A stretch of 52,521 nucleotides of DNA, taken from IMG/VR virus record IMGVR_UViG_3300036715_004474, positions 1-52,521 of that record. One strand, 5' to 3'. Positions 35,895-44,151 of the stretch are shown one piece after another; the stretch's first letter is position 1, and the number at the start of each line of letters is the position of its first letter. This DNA is from a virus (taxonomy: Duplodnaviria > Caudoviricetes). The notes beneath the pieces were generated by a model. It did no database searches, was not told the origin of the DNA, and saw only the letters and a program-made list of their open reading frames with translations. The translations under genes were made by a program, and so were the position numbers.

Positions 35895-36547
35895 GCGGCT
35901 TCCGCCATGGCGGCCTCGTAGAGCCGGGTGATCTCGTCGGCCGCCGGCGACGCCGGCGCGCCGAACGTCAGCACGCTCTCGCCCGTGAACATCGACTCGG
36001 CGAACGCCACCCGGTTGCCGATGGTGATGGGCGCGAGCTCGCCGTTGGGGGCGATGGCGTCGAGGGCCAAGCGGGTGATCCGGGTGTTGGAGGCGACCCC
36101 GTTGAGCACGAAGAGCCGGCGCGTGACCGGGAGCCGGAGCTCGGCGCGGATCTGGTCCGCGCTGTCGAGCAGCTCGATGGTCTCGCTCGCCGCCCACCAG
36201 TCGAGCGGCCCCGCGCGGAGCGGGATCACGATGACGTCGGCGGCCACGGCCGCGGCGCGCGTCACGTCGCCGATCCGCGGCGGGCCGTCGCAGAGGACGA
36301 CGTCGTAACCCTGCGACAACGTCCTGAACTTCGGCAGGCTCAGGGCCTTGTCGGTGCGCGCCACGTTGAGGCCGTCGAGCCGCGACCCCGCCTCCCGCGC
36401 GCTGAACCAGTCCAGGCTCGAGCCCTGCTGGTCGAGGTCGAGGATGAGGGTGCGCTGGCCCGCCAGATGCGCGGCCGCGGCGAGGTTCGCCGCGATCGTC
36501 GTCTTCCCCGTCCCGCCCTTCTGGTTGAGCACGGCGATGGTTCTCAT
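35891..36547 (-). CDS. parA: Type Ib partition ATPase (ParA/ParF-like)
   Basis: NQKGGTGKTT deviant Walker A, DLDQQGS, CDGPP; 218 aa without N-terminal HTH. Confidence 0.95.
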   Translation of the reverse strand: MRTIAVLNQKGGTGKTTIAANLAAAAHLAGQRTLILDLDQQGSSLDWFSAREAGSRLDGLNVARTDKALSLPKFRTLSQGYDVVLCDGPPRIGDVTRAAAVAADVIVIPLRAGPLDWWAASETIELLDSADQIRAELRLPVTRRLFVLNGVASNTRITRLALDAIAPNGELAPITIGNRVAFAESMFTGESVLTFGAPASPAADEITRLYEAAMAEAA

Positions 36548-36551
36548 GGCC

Positions 36552-36668
36552 GGTGAACCTAGTGCAACCAGTGAGACCAGGTCAACCAGGGCGACAGGTT
36601 GCGCCGGTGCGACGGGTACGACCAGGCGCACCGGGACACCTGGTGCGCCGAGGGCGACCAAGACGACG
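36552..36668. repeat. About 13 degenerate 9-bp tandem units (consensus ~RGTGCGACC); putative centromere/operator
   Basis: ggtgaacct agtgcaacc agtgagacc aggtcaacc agggcgaca ggttgcgcc ggtgcgacg ggtacgacc aggcgcacc..., directly upstream of parA. Confidence 0.7.
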
Positions 36669-36957
36669 GGGCGCGGCGCCGTCTCCAGCGGGCGGACCTC
36701 GGGTGCGCGCCGTGGCGACCAGGTCCTCGTGGCACCTGGCGCGCCGGCAGCCGGGCGCGCGGGCGCGCCGCCGAGCTCCGCATGGTCGGCGGCCCGCGGC
36801 GCCGTTGTTGGCCAGCTCTGGGCTCGCGGCGCCCCCTGGCGTAGCCCCTGCTGGACCCCAAGAACCGACCGACATCGTGTGTGTGCCCGCCGGGAGGCCG
36901 CTCTCACATCGGGTGATCCTGAGTTCAATCCTCGGAGGTTCCTGAGGAGATCCTCTC

Positions 36958-37084
36958 GTCGTCGAGCCCGCTTGGCAGGGTCGTCGAGCCCGCTTGGCAG
37001 GGTCGTCGAGCCCGCTTGGCAGGGTCGTCGAGCCCGCTTGGCAGGGTCGTCGAGCCCGCTTGGCAGGGTCGTCGAGCCCGCTTG
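36958..37084. repeat. 22-bp direct repeats (5 perfect + 17-bp partial); putative iterons
   Basis: GTCGTCGAGCCCGCTTGGCAGG in tandem, no spacers. Confidence 0.9.
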
Positions 37085-37231
37085 ACTAGATGGGTAGGCG
37101 TAGATCCAGGGGTCGGCCGTTCCTGGCGAGGTCGAAGTGCGCTCGCCCGGCCGAACCCGAAACGCGGACAGGCCGGCCCATGGCCGGGTCGGCACCCAGC
37201 CACAGACCGGCCTCTCGAGGGCCTCAGCGTC

Positions 37232-38977
37232 TCAGCGCGCTGGTGGGCCGCGGCCGTTGGCCGCGGCCCACCAGGTGGCCGCGGTCTCGCCGCGTTCGGC
37301 GCGCCTGAGGATGCGCCGGATGACGTTCACAGGCTTGCGCGCGCCGTCGCCCGTGCGCGCACAAGCAACCGCGAAATCGCGAAAGGTCCGCCCCTTGCGG
37401 TCGGGCGTGTTCGCGGCCTGCTCAATCCCAAAGAGAGCGCTCCCCAGCGGGACCTCCTCCCGTCGCACAATCTGGGCAAACGTCCACGCGAAGGCCTCGA
37501 GCGGGACGTTCATCTCGGCCTCGACCTCCGGGTGCTGGCGGAGCAACTCGAGGATCGCGCCCTCGAGGACGCCGGGCGGTGCGAGGGGGTCGCGCGGCGG
37601 CGCTGCTGCTGCCGCGGTCGCGCTCGGCCGAGGACGCTCCGGGACGTACTCCGGCTCGGGCACAAACAGCGGCGCGGGCTGGTACGTGGGCTTCGGCACG
37701 AGCGCGAGGGCCGCGGAGGTCGCCGCCACCGGGACCAGGATCTCGCCGGTGGCCTGGGCGTGGGCGAGATCCGCCGCAGCCTCAGCGTCGACGATCCGCT
37801 CGGCCGCGGCGCGCAGTTCCCGCTTCTCGCAGTCGACGTCGCTCTTGGGCCGCCAGCGATCGAGCTGCCTGCCGGGGGATCGTCGCTGGGCTTCACGTAC
37901 GCGCGCCTCGTGTGCCGCCTCGGCCTCCTGCGTGAGCTCTGCCAGGACGTGGGCGATCTCCGCCTCGCGCGCCGCGCCGGCCGCGGAAGGTGGCTGCGCG
38001 AGCGCGCGCAGCTCTTCGGCGGCCGCGGCGATCTCCGCGGCCTCGTCGACCATCTCCGGTCCGCCCTCGATCGCGTCGTCGCTGAGCGGCCCGCCCTCGG
38101 GCACCGGCGGCTCATCGCGCTGCGCGTCCTCACCGACGTCCTCACCGACGTCGGCGTCGTTGGCTGGTCCGGGCGCCGCCGGTTCGTCGTGCTGTGCGCC
38201 CTCGCCGACGTCGTTGGCGGCGGCGTCGCCGGCATCGTTGGCTGGTCCGGGCGCCTGCGCCTCGTCGCGCTGCTCGCCCTCTCCGACGTCGTTGGCAGCG
38301 CTCTCCTCACCCAGCTCGACGACGCCGGCGAGCGCGAGCTCGCGCTCGCCGATCTGGTTGAGTTTGCGCAGCTGCTCCGCGACCGCGGGGCCCTCGTTGG
38401 CGACGTCGGCCGCGATCAAATCGATCACGACCTGCGGTACCTTCGACCAAATCGCGTTCCGGAGGTTGCCGAACGCCTCGTGCTTGCGCTGACGGATCGC
38501 GACCAGGTCGAATGCCTCCGCCTCCGCCGCGTGCGCGATCGAAGAGGCGCGACTTTGCTCGCAGTCCAGCGCGAGCTCCCGGGCGCTTCGGAAGATGCAG
38601 GCCCGGCCGTTACCCTCGTGCGCGCTCTCGTTGATGATCTGCAGGAAGCCGCGCAGCCGATTCGGCACGTTGAGCACGACGTGGATCTTGCCGATGCGCG
38701 TGAGCGGCTCCATGCCCGGCGTCGCCATGATGCGCCGCACGCCTGCCAGCGCGCGCGCGGTCACCTGGAGCACGCGCGGCGTGCGGATCGGCGAGCAGCG
38801 TGGCGACGCCTGCCCCTTCGCATGCATCGGGGACGAGGCAGGGTCGGGCACATGCGTCCGGTACCAGCCCTTTTTCAGGCGCCGCCGGCCCTCACCAGGC
38901 GCGTCCACGCGCGGCAGCCGCTTGGGGCGTAGCACTGGCGCCTCGTCGACGTGGTCGGCGAGCTCGGGGGCCGTCAT
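37232..38977 (-). CDS. Putative replication initiator (winged HTH, acidic 26-aa repeats, C-terminal helical domain)
   Basis: IFRSARELALDCEQSRASS wHTH-like segment; position in the cro operon next to iteron-like repeats. Confidence 0.55.
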   Translation of the reverse strand: MTAPELADHVDEAPVLRPKRLPRVDAPGEGRRRLKKGWYRTHVPDPASSPMHAKGQASPRCSPIRTPRVLQVTARALAGVRRIMATPGMEPLTRIGKIHVVLNVPNRLRGFLQIINESAHEGNGRACIFRSARELALDCEQSRASSIAHAAEAEAFDLVAIRQRKHEAFGNLRNAIWSKVPQVVIDLIAADVANEGPAVAEQLRKLNQIGERELALAGVVELGEESAANDVGEGEQRDEAQAPGPANDAGDAAANDVGEGAQHDEPAAPGPANDADVGEDVGEDAQRDEPPVPEGGPLSDDAIEGGPEMVDEAAEIAAAAEELRALAQPPSAAGAAREAEIAHVLAELTQEAEAAHEARVREAQRRSPGRQLDRWRPKSDVDCEKRELRAAAERIVDAEAAADLAHAQATGEILVPVAATSAALALVPKPTYQPAPLFVPEPEYVPERPRPSATAAAAAPPRDPLAPPGVLEGAILELLRQHPEVEAEMNVPLEAFAWTFAQIVRREEVPLGSALFGIEQAANTPDRKGRTFRDFAVACARTGDGARKPVNVIRRILRRAERGETAATWWAAANGRGPPAR

Positions 38978-39438
38978 CCGGTCCTCGCCAGGTCCGCCGC
39001 CGCGGGCCCGTTCGCCGGCGCCGGCTGGCGCGCGATGTAGTCCCGCACCGCCTCGGCCGCGGCGAGCTCGCCGGCGAGCCGCCGCGCGTGCAGGCGCACG
39101 CCGGCGAGGACCGTGGTGTGGTGGGTGCCCCCAAACGCCCGGGCCACCACCGGGTAGCTCTTCGACGCCATGCCGGTGTAGCAGTCGTACCAGGCCCGGC
39201 GGCGCGCCGCTGCGGGGGCGCGGTGGCGGTCGCCGCCGAGCAGCTCGGCGAGCGTGACGCTGTCCGCCAGCGCGCCCGCGGCGGCGACCTCGAGGAACGT
39301 CCGGCCGTCGGCCAGCAAGTGGAGCCGGAGACCCCGGGCCACGTCGCGCAGCGCGGCGGGGAGGGCGGCCACGGCCCGCTCGAGCGCGGGGTCGACGAAG
39401 AGCGGGACCTGCTGGAGGCGCGGCGTGGGCTGGGTCAT
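38974..39438 (-). CDS. Protein with DnaA domain IV-like HTH
   Basis: SYPVVARAFGGTHHTTVLAG matches the DnaA signature SLxxIGxxFGGRDHTTV. Confidence 0.75.
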   Translation of the reverse strand: MTQPTPRLQQVPLFVDPALERAVAALPAALRDVARGLRLHLLADGRTFLEVAAAGALADSVTLAELLGGDRHRAPAAARRRAWYDCYTGMASKSYPVVARAFGGTHHTTVLAGVRLHARRLAGELAAAEAVRDYIARQPAPANGPAAADLARTG

Positions 39439-39851
39439 CCGGTCGGCCTCCGCGCGGCCTCGCGGGCCCGCACGAGGGACTGCTCCAGCGCCGCGGCCGC
39501 GGCGGCGCGATCGGCCGCGCAGCTCTGGCACGCGCAGTTCTCCCGCGCGCGGTCCGTGCCCACCTGGAGGGCGGAGGCGACCTGCCGGCGGGTGCGGGGG
39601 GACAGCAGCGACGCGATCACGACCAGCGGGCCGCCGAGGAGATCGCGGAGCCGCCCCGCGGCCGCGCCGTGGCTGGAGATCTCGCCGAGCAGCTCGAGCA
39701 GCGCGACGTCGAAAATGATGTGGTCGGGCCCGACAGGGAGATCCGCGAGCGCCGTGACCAGCTCGGTGACGAGCTTGCCGATCAACGGCGCGGCGATGCG
39801 CTGGGCGGCGAGGGCCTCCCGCGCGAGGGCGAGCAGCTCGGCGCGCGTCAC
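39435..39851 (-). CDS. Hypothetical protein with CACQSC motif
   Basis: Coupled in the operon. Confidence 0.6.
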   Translation of the reverse strand: MTRAELLALAREALAAQRIAAPLIGKLVTELVTALADLPVGPDHIIFDVALLELLGEISSHGAAAGRLRDLLGGPLVVIASLLSPRTRRQVASALQVGTDRARENCACQSCAADRAAAAAALEQSLVRAREAARRPTG

Positions 39852-39943
39852 GGTCGCCTCGCGATCACGTCGAAGTCCCGCGGGGGGGGGGGGGCGCCGA
39901 TTGCCCGTGGAACACGCTCTCCCCGCCCGTGCTATCCTGAGCC

Positions 39944-40108
39944 ATGAGCACCGGGAAGGAGCAGCCCCAAGCGGAACGGGATGAGGCCCTGACGCCCGAG
40001 GACGAGGACGAGCTCGAGCGCCGCCTGGAGGAGTCGCTGGACGCCGAGCGCGAGGGGCGCCTGGTCGCCTGGGACGCGCTCTTCCCGCCCCAGCGCCTCA
40101 CCGGATGA
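39944..40108 (+). CDS. Antitoxin (54 aa, acidic; addiction-module type), absent from the ORF track
   Basis: MSTGKEQPQAERDEALTPEDEDELERRLEESLDAEREGRLVAWDALF; ATGA overlap with the toxin. Confidence 0.8.
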   Translation: MSTGKEQPQAERDEALTPEDEDELERRLEESLDAEREGRLVAWDALFPPQRLTG

Positions 40109-40410
40109 GGCACTTCACGGTCACCTGGGACCCGCGGGCATCGCTGGAGGTCCTCGCCGCGCGCACCTACCTCGGCGTCGTCCGCGCCGCCGCCCTCGAT
40201 GACGAGCTGGTGCGCATCCGCGAGCGGCTCGAAGGCCTGCCAGAGAGCGGCAAGCCGGTGGAGAAGAGCCGCGGCACGTGGTCGACCGAGATCCGCAAGG
40301 TCAGCCTCTCGCAGAGCCCGTACCAGCTCTACTACCGGGTGAACCTCGAGGCGCAGCGGGTGGTGATCTTCTGCCTGCGGCACGAGAAGCGGCGCCCCCT
40401 GCGACTGTAG
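40105..40410 (+). CDS. RelE/ParE-family type II toxin
   Basis: LPESG, PYQLYYRV, VVIFCLRHEKRRP motifs; 101 aa, basic. Confidence 0.85.
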   Translation: MRHFTVTWDPRASLEVLAARTYLGVVRAAALDDELVRIRERLEGLPESGKPVEKSRGTWSTEIRKVSLSQSPYQLYYRVNLEAQRVVIFCLRHEKRRPLRL

Positions 40411-40443
40411 ATCCTCGGCACGTAGCATCGGCGTCCTCATCCC

Positions 40444-40890
40444 CTACGCGGCGGGCGCCGCGACCTTCGGTGATCGGCGCGTCCCGCGCGGCGCCCGGGC
40501 CGCGGGAGCCGGTGTGCTCGGGGCACGGGTGCGGCCTGGTCGAGCGGGCTTCGCCGGGCTGGAGGAGGGCGGAGAGGAGGGGCGGGGCTTGGTCTTCGGG
40601 GCGGGCTTCTTCGTGGAAGCCGGCTTCGCTGGGGCGAGCTCGCGGGCGCGCAAGCGTCGCGCGCGTTCGGCTTCGGTCTCCCATGCCTCGCCCGGGACGC
40701 CGCCCCATTCCAGCGCGACCGCTCGGTGCTCCGGGCGTGGGCGGTTGTTACCGCTGAGCCAGTCGGACATGCTCGCTTCGCTGACGCCGAACACCTCCTT
40801 GGCCACGTAGCCGGCGGTGAGTCCCGAGGCGTCGATCGCGGCCCGCAGCAGCGTTCGCCCTGATCCCGGCGGCGGATCGTTGGTGCTCAT
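40444..40890 (-). CDS. Cro-like XRE HTH regulator
   Basis: VAKEVFGVSEASMSDWLSGNNRP; divergent from the repressor. Confidence 0.8.
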   Translation of the reverse strand: MSTNDPPPGSGRTLLRAAIDASGLTAGYVAKEVFGVSEASMSDWLSGNNRPRPEHRAVALEWGGVPGEAWETEAERARRLRARELAPAKPASTKKPAPKTKPRPSSPPSSSPAKPARPGRTRAPSTPAPAARAPRGTRRSPKVAAPAA

Positions 40891-40975
40891 GTGCCCTTAG
40901 CTTAGGCGAAGTGAAGCAAAGATCAACCCCGTCGACTTCGGCTTGCCTAAATCGGTCGCGTGCTACGCGGGATCC
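40891..40975. promoter_or_regulatory. Divergent cro/cI promoters with two 14-bp operators
   Basis: Operators at 40902-40915 and 40937-40950; minus-strand TTGATC-16 bp-TAAGCT. Confidence 0.7.
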
Positions 40976-41515
40976 ATGTCGCGGTCGATGCCCAACCAGA
41001 TCGCCAGGTACCTCCAGTGGCGCGTGCGCGAGTGGGTCAGCTCCGGCAAGACCGCCGCCGAGTTGGCGAAACTCGGGGAGATATCAGGCGCACAGGTATC
41101 CGAGGTGCAAAACCACGCGGTGGGAGTCGGATGGAAGACAGCCGATGCCCTGGCCAAAGCCTTCGGCATGACGATGCCGACGCTCATCGCCGCCGCGACC
41201 GAATGGGCGGCCCAGGACCCGGCACCGGCACCTCCATCCGTCGCCCAGGCAGCAGGCCGAGCTCATCGACGAGCCGTAGCCGCCGACCTGGCGCGCGAGG
41301 ACGGCATCTCCGAGGAGGCGATCCGGGACGTGCTCGCCGCACCGGCCTCGCCTGCGGACGCTGATGCCTCGACCGTCTGGTGGATCCTGCGCATGCGCCG
41401 GCGAGACCTCGAGCTGGCGGAAGCCCCGCGCTTGGCGACTCCGGAGGAGAGCGGCGAGGTGCGCACGTCGCGTCCGCCCCAGCCGCGGAACCGTGCAGCG
41501 AGGAGACAATCTTAG
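40976..41515 (+). CDS. CI-like XRE HTH repressor (no S24 peptidase domain)
   Basis: TAAELAKLGEISGAQVSEVQN...GWKTADALAKAFG. Confidence 0.8.
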   Translation: MSRSMPNQIARYLQWRVREWVSSGKTAAELAKLGEISGAQVSEVQNHAVGVGWKTADALAKAFGMTMPTLIAAATEWAAQDPAPAPPSVAQAAGRAHRRAVAADLAREDGISEEAIRDVLAAPASPADADASTVWWILRMRRRDLELAEAPRLATPEESGEVRTSRPPQPRNRAARRQS

Positions 41516-41563
41516 GCTAGCCGAAAACTTTCGGTTGCCACTTCGGTTCGCCTAACCTAATCT
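41512..41563 (+). promoter_or_regulatory. Early-operon sigma70-type promoter with two operators
   Basis: TTGCCA (41535-40), 17 bp, TAATCT (41558-63); operators at 41512-41525 and 41542-41555. Confidence 0.75.
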
Positions 41564-41603
41564 TTGCCTTCGTGGTGCTCGTTCGAGCGCCAGGGAGGCT
41601 CCG

Positions 41604-41792
41604 ATGTCCCTTGCTTCGCGCTCGCTCGCGCCTTCGGCTTGCCCGCCCGCGCTCCTCCAGCTCCTGCGCGAGCTGCCGGACATGCAGCTCCCGCCCCGCG
41701 GAGACCTCGACGTCGAGGCCTGGCTGGCGCTGTGCGCGCAGTCGCTCCCGCGCGACAGGTGGGTCCGGCTCGCCGCGGCGGTGCTCTCGTGA
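41604..41792 (+). CDS. Small hypothetical early protein
   Basis: GGAGG RBS; first gene after the promoter. Confidence 0.6.
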   Translation: MSLASRSLAPSACPPALLQLLRELPDMQLPPRGDLDVEAWLALCAQSLPRDRWVRLAAAVLS

Positions 41793-42178
41793 GCCCCCAG
41801 CCGTCCCCGCAGTTCACCGAGCGCGACGCCGCGTACCATGCCTACCTCGCGCTGCGCGCGCTCGCCTCGATGCGATCCGCGCTGGTCGGCGCCAAGCCCG
41901 AGGCGGGTCGTCGCTGGTCCGGCGACTTGTTCGCCCACGCCACGCGCGGCGATCTCGTGGCGGGGACGGTCAGCGCGCGCACGATGGCAGCCGACGCGCT
42001 CCTGGTCGTGGCGGCCTACGCCGACAAGCTCGACCTCGACGCGACGAAGATCACCCACCTCCAGCTCCTCGTCGAGGCCAGCGCGGAGGACATCGGCGAG
42101 GACCTCGCGGCGGCGTTCATGTTCCTCGACGCGCACAACGCGCTCGAGAGCCGGCCGCCCGGCGGAGGTGCCGCTTGA
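41789..42178 (+). CDS. Hypothetical early protein
   Basis: GTGA coupling. Confidence 0.6.
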   Translation: MSPQPSPQFTERDAAYHAYLALRALASMRSALVGAKPEAGRRWSGDLFAHATRGDLVAGTVSARTMAADALLVVAAYADKLDLDATKITHLQLLVEASAEDIGEDLAAAFMFLDAHNALESRPPGGGAA

Positions 42179-42798
42179 GCGCCACCGACCGGACGCCCGA
42201 CCCCGAGGACGGCCTCGACGCCACCGAGGTGCTGCTCCTCGTCCTGGTGGTGGGGATGCTCGCGTTGATCCTGGCCATCGCGGCCGTGACCTCGGCGCAC
42301 GTCGCGCCGATCCCAGGGAGGACAGAGACCATGGAGACCAAGCCGAGGCTCGCGCACGTCAACGGCACCCCGGAGGCCGCCGGCGCGGAGGGCAAGGCCC
42401 AGGCGCTGGTCGCGGCGAACCGCGACGCGCTCGAACAGCTCGCGCGCTGGGCGGTCTCGCGACACCACAGCGAGGCGACGCACCTGCTGATGTGCATCGC
42501 GGTCGAGCCGTGGGTCTGGCTCGCGGAGCGCCTGAGCCCGCCCGGCCTGGTGAAGGCGCTCCGGGCCGCGGCCGCGACGAAGGGCGGGACGGCGATGGTG
42601 TGCGGCTTCCAGCCGCCCGAGCGCGTGGTCGCCCTGATGCGCGAGCACTACGAGCTGGACCTCACGCCGATGTTGAGCACCCCGCCGCCAGCGCCGGGCG
42701 AATGGCGGGTGGTGGTGTGCTTCGACGGCGGCATGGCCATCGGCGGGGTGCCTACGAGCGCCAGCGGCGGCTGCAACGCGCCGGGTGGTGACGCGTGA
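42175..42798 (+). CDS. Hypothetical protein (TTG start with a TM segment; alternative ATG at 42331)
   Basis: Coupled TTG plus internal GGAGG-ATG. Confidence 0.6.
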   Translation: MSATDRTPDPEDGLDATEVLLLVLVVGMLALILAIAAVTSAHVAPIPGRTETMETKPRLAHVNGTPEAAGAEGKAQALVAANRDALEQLARWAVSRHHSEATHLLMCIAVEPWVWLAERLSPPGLVKALRAAAATKGGTAMVCGFQPPERVVALMREHYELDLTPMLSTPPPAPGEWRVVVCFDGGMAIGGVPTSASGGCNAPGGDA

Positions 42799-43301
42799 GC
42801 GCGCGGCCTCCCGCCTCGGCGCCCGCGCGCGCCCCCGCGGTCGAGTGCAGCGGCTCGGGCCAGCTCGTGTTCGCCGACGCCAAGCCGCCGTTCCGTTGCG
42901 ACGTGTGCGGTCGCCCCGTCGACGTCGTACTGGCCAACGGCGCCACCAACGGCGAGCGAGCGATCGCGTCGCACCGGCCCGTCACCAAGGCCGCTCCCAC
43001 GCTCGCCGCCCTCGAGCAGCTCCGCCAGCTCCTCAACGTCGAGGTCGTCGAGGTCCCCGTCGCCGCCTACGACGCCGCGCTGGAGCTGCTCCGGGATTTC
43101 TTCGCCATCGGGGATCGAGAGCGGAACTCCTGCGGGCTCTGCGAGATGGTCCCCAACGAGGAGGGCCCGGGGTACTACCCGCTCCACACCGACGCCTGCC
43201 CCGTGGGCCGCGCGCGGACGGTCGCGGAGGCCCTCGACTACACGGACCCGCCGGCGCAGGCCCGGGCCCTGGCGCAGCTCGCGCGGGAGGCCTCCCGATG
43301 A
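42795..43301 (+). CDS. Hypothetical Cys/His-rich zinc-binding protein
   Basis: C...CDVC...H and CGLC...HTDACP. Confidence 0.65.
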   Translation: MSARPPASAPARAPAVECSGSGQLVFADAKPPFRCDVCGRPVDVVLANGATNGERAIASHRPVTKAAPTLAALEQLRQLLNVEVVEVPVAAYDAALELLRDFFAIGDRERNSCGLCEMVPNEEGPGYYPLHTDACPVGRARTVAEALDYTDPPAQARALAQLAREASR

Positions 43302-43945
43302 GCGCCCTCTACGTCGACCTGGTGGCCCGCCTCCGCCAGGATGCCGCCGCGGGGGCCACCAAGCTGCTCCGGGTCCTCAATCGCCCGGACGCGCGCGTGA
43401 CGCCCGTGGAGCCCGTGGAGACGGAGATCCTGACCTGGTGCACCGAGGCCGGGCGGTGGCACGCGCGCGTGAATCGGTTCCTGGATCGGCCCGGGTGGGA
43501 AGACGGCGCCGACCTCGTCGGGTGCGCCTCGGTCACCGAGGCGCTGTGCGCCCTTGTCGAGCAGCTCCATCAAGACATCGAGGACGCGGACTCGGTGGCC
43601 CCGCTGCACGTCTTGCACCGCCTCGACGAGGCGGTCGACGGGATCGCCGCCCACCGCGCCCTGACGATGCTGACGCTCGAGGGGCTGGCCGCCTCGCTCG
43701 ACGGCCTCGACGCGGTGGCCGAGCGGCCCGACGACTACTATCCGGCCGCGAGGGCCGACCTCACGCGGCTGCTGGGGGACGTGTTTCGCGCGCGCCGGCT
43801 GCGGGACGCGATCCGTCGCGACCTGTCCCAGTTTGGCGGCGGCGCTGGTACCGCGGAGGAGGAGGCGCGCGGCTACTTCGAGGCGCGGGTCGCGCCCGAG
43901 CTCGCGCACCTGTGGACCGAGCCGGCGGCGGGAGGTGCAGCGTGA
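43298..43945 (+). CDS. Hypothetical early protein
   Basis: ATGA coupling, GGAGG RBS. Confidence 0.65.
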   Translation: MSALYVDLVARLRQDAAAGATKLLRVLNRPDARVTPVEPVETEILTWCTEAGRWHARVNRFLDRPGWEDGADLVGCASVTEALCALVEQLHQDIEDADSVAPLHVLHRLDEAVDGIAAHRALTMLTLEGLAASLDGLDAVAERPDDYYPAARADLTRLLGDVFRARRLRDAIRRDLSQFGGGAGTAEEEARGYFEARVAPELAHLWTEPAAGGAA

Positions 43946-44151
43946 GCGCGGCGCGGACGTGGGGGGTCGAGCTGACCCAGGACGACGCTCGAGCGCTCGG
44001 CGCGAAGATCCCCGAGGGCTCGACGCTCCCGGTCGTGCTGACGGTCGAGGTCGACGAGGCGGAGGTGCGGACGCTCTACCGCGCCGCGCTGACGAACAAG
44101 GGCGGCCGCGCGAAGAGCGGCGCGCTGTCCGTGCGCCGAGGTCGAGCGTGA
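43942..44151 (+). CDS. Small hypothetical protein
   Basis: GTGA coupling. Confidence 0.55.
   Translation: MSAARTWGVELTQDDARALGAKIPEGSTLPVVLTVEVDEAEVRTLYRAALTNKGGRAKSGALSVRRGRA

Noticed and set aside
36958-37084. CRISPR array
   Set aside because: Repeats are contiguous with no spacers, and no cas genes were recognised
35891-37195. 434-aa ParA with long N-terminal extension
   Set aside because: The extension is translated repeat DNA; the Walker A position indicates a start at 36547
38100-38300. Repeats inside rep as the origin
   Set aside because: The ~78-bp units are in-frame and degenerate, consistent with a protein linker; the perfect 22-mers are the better candidate
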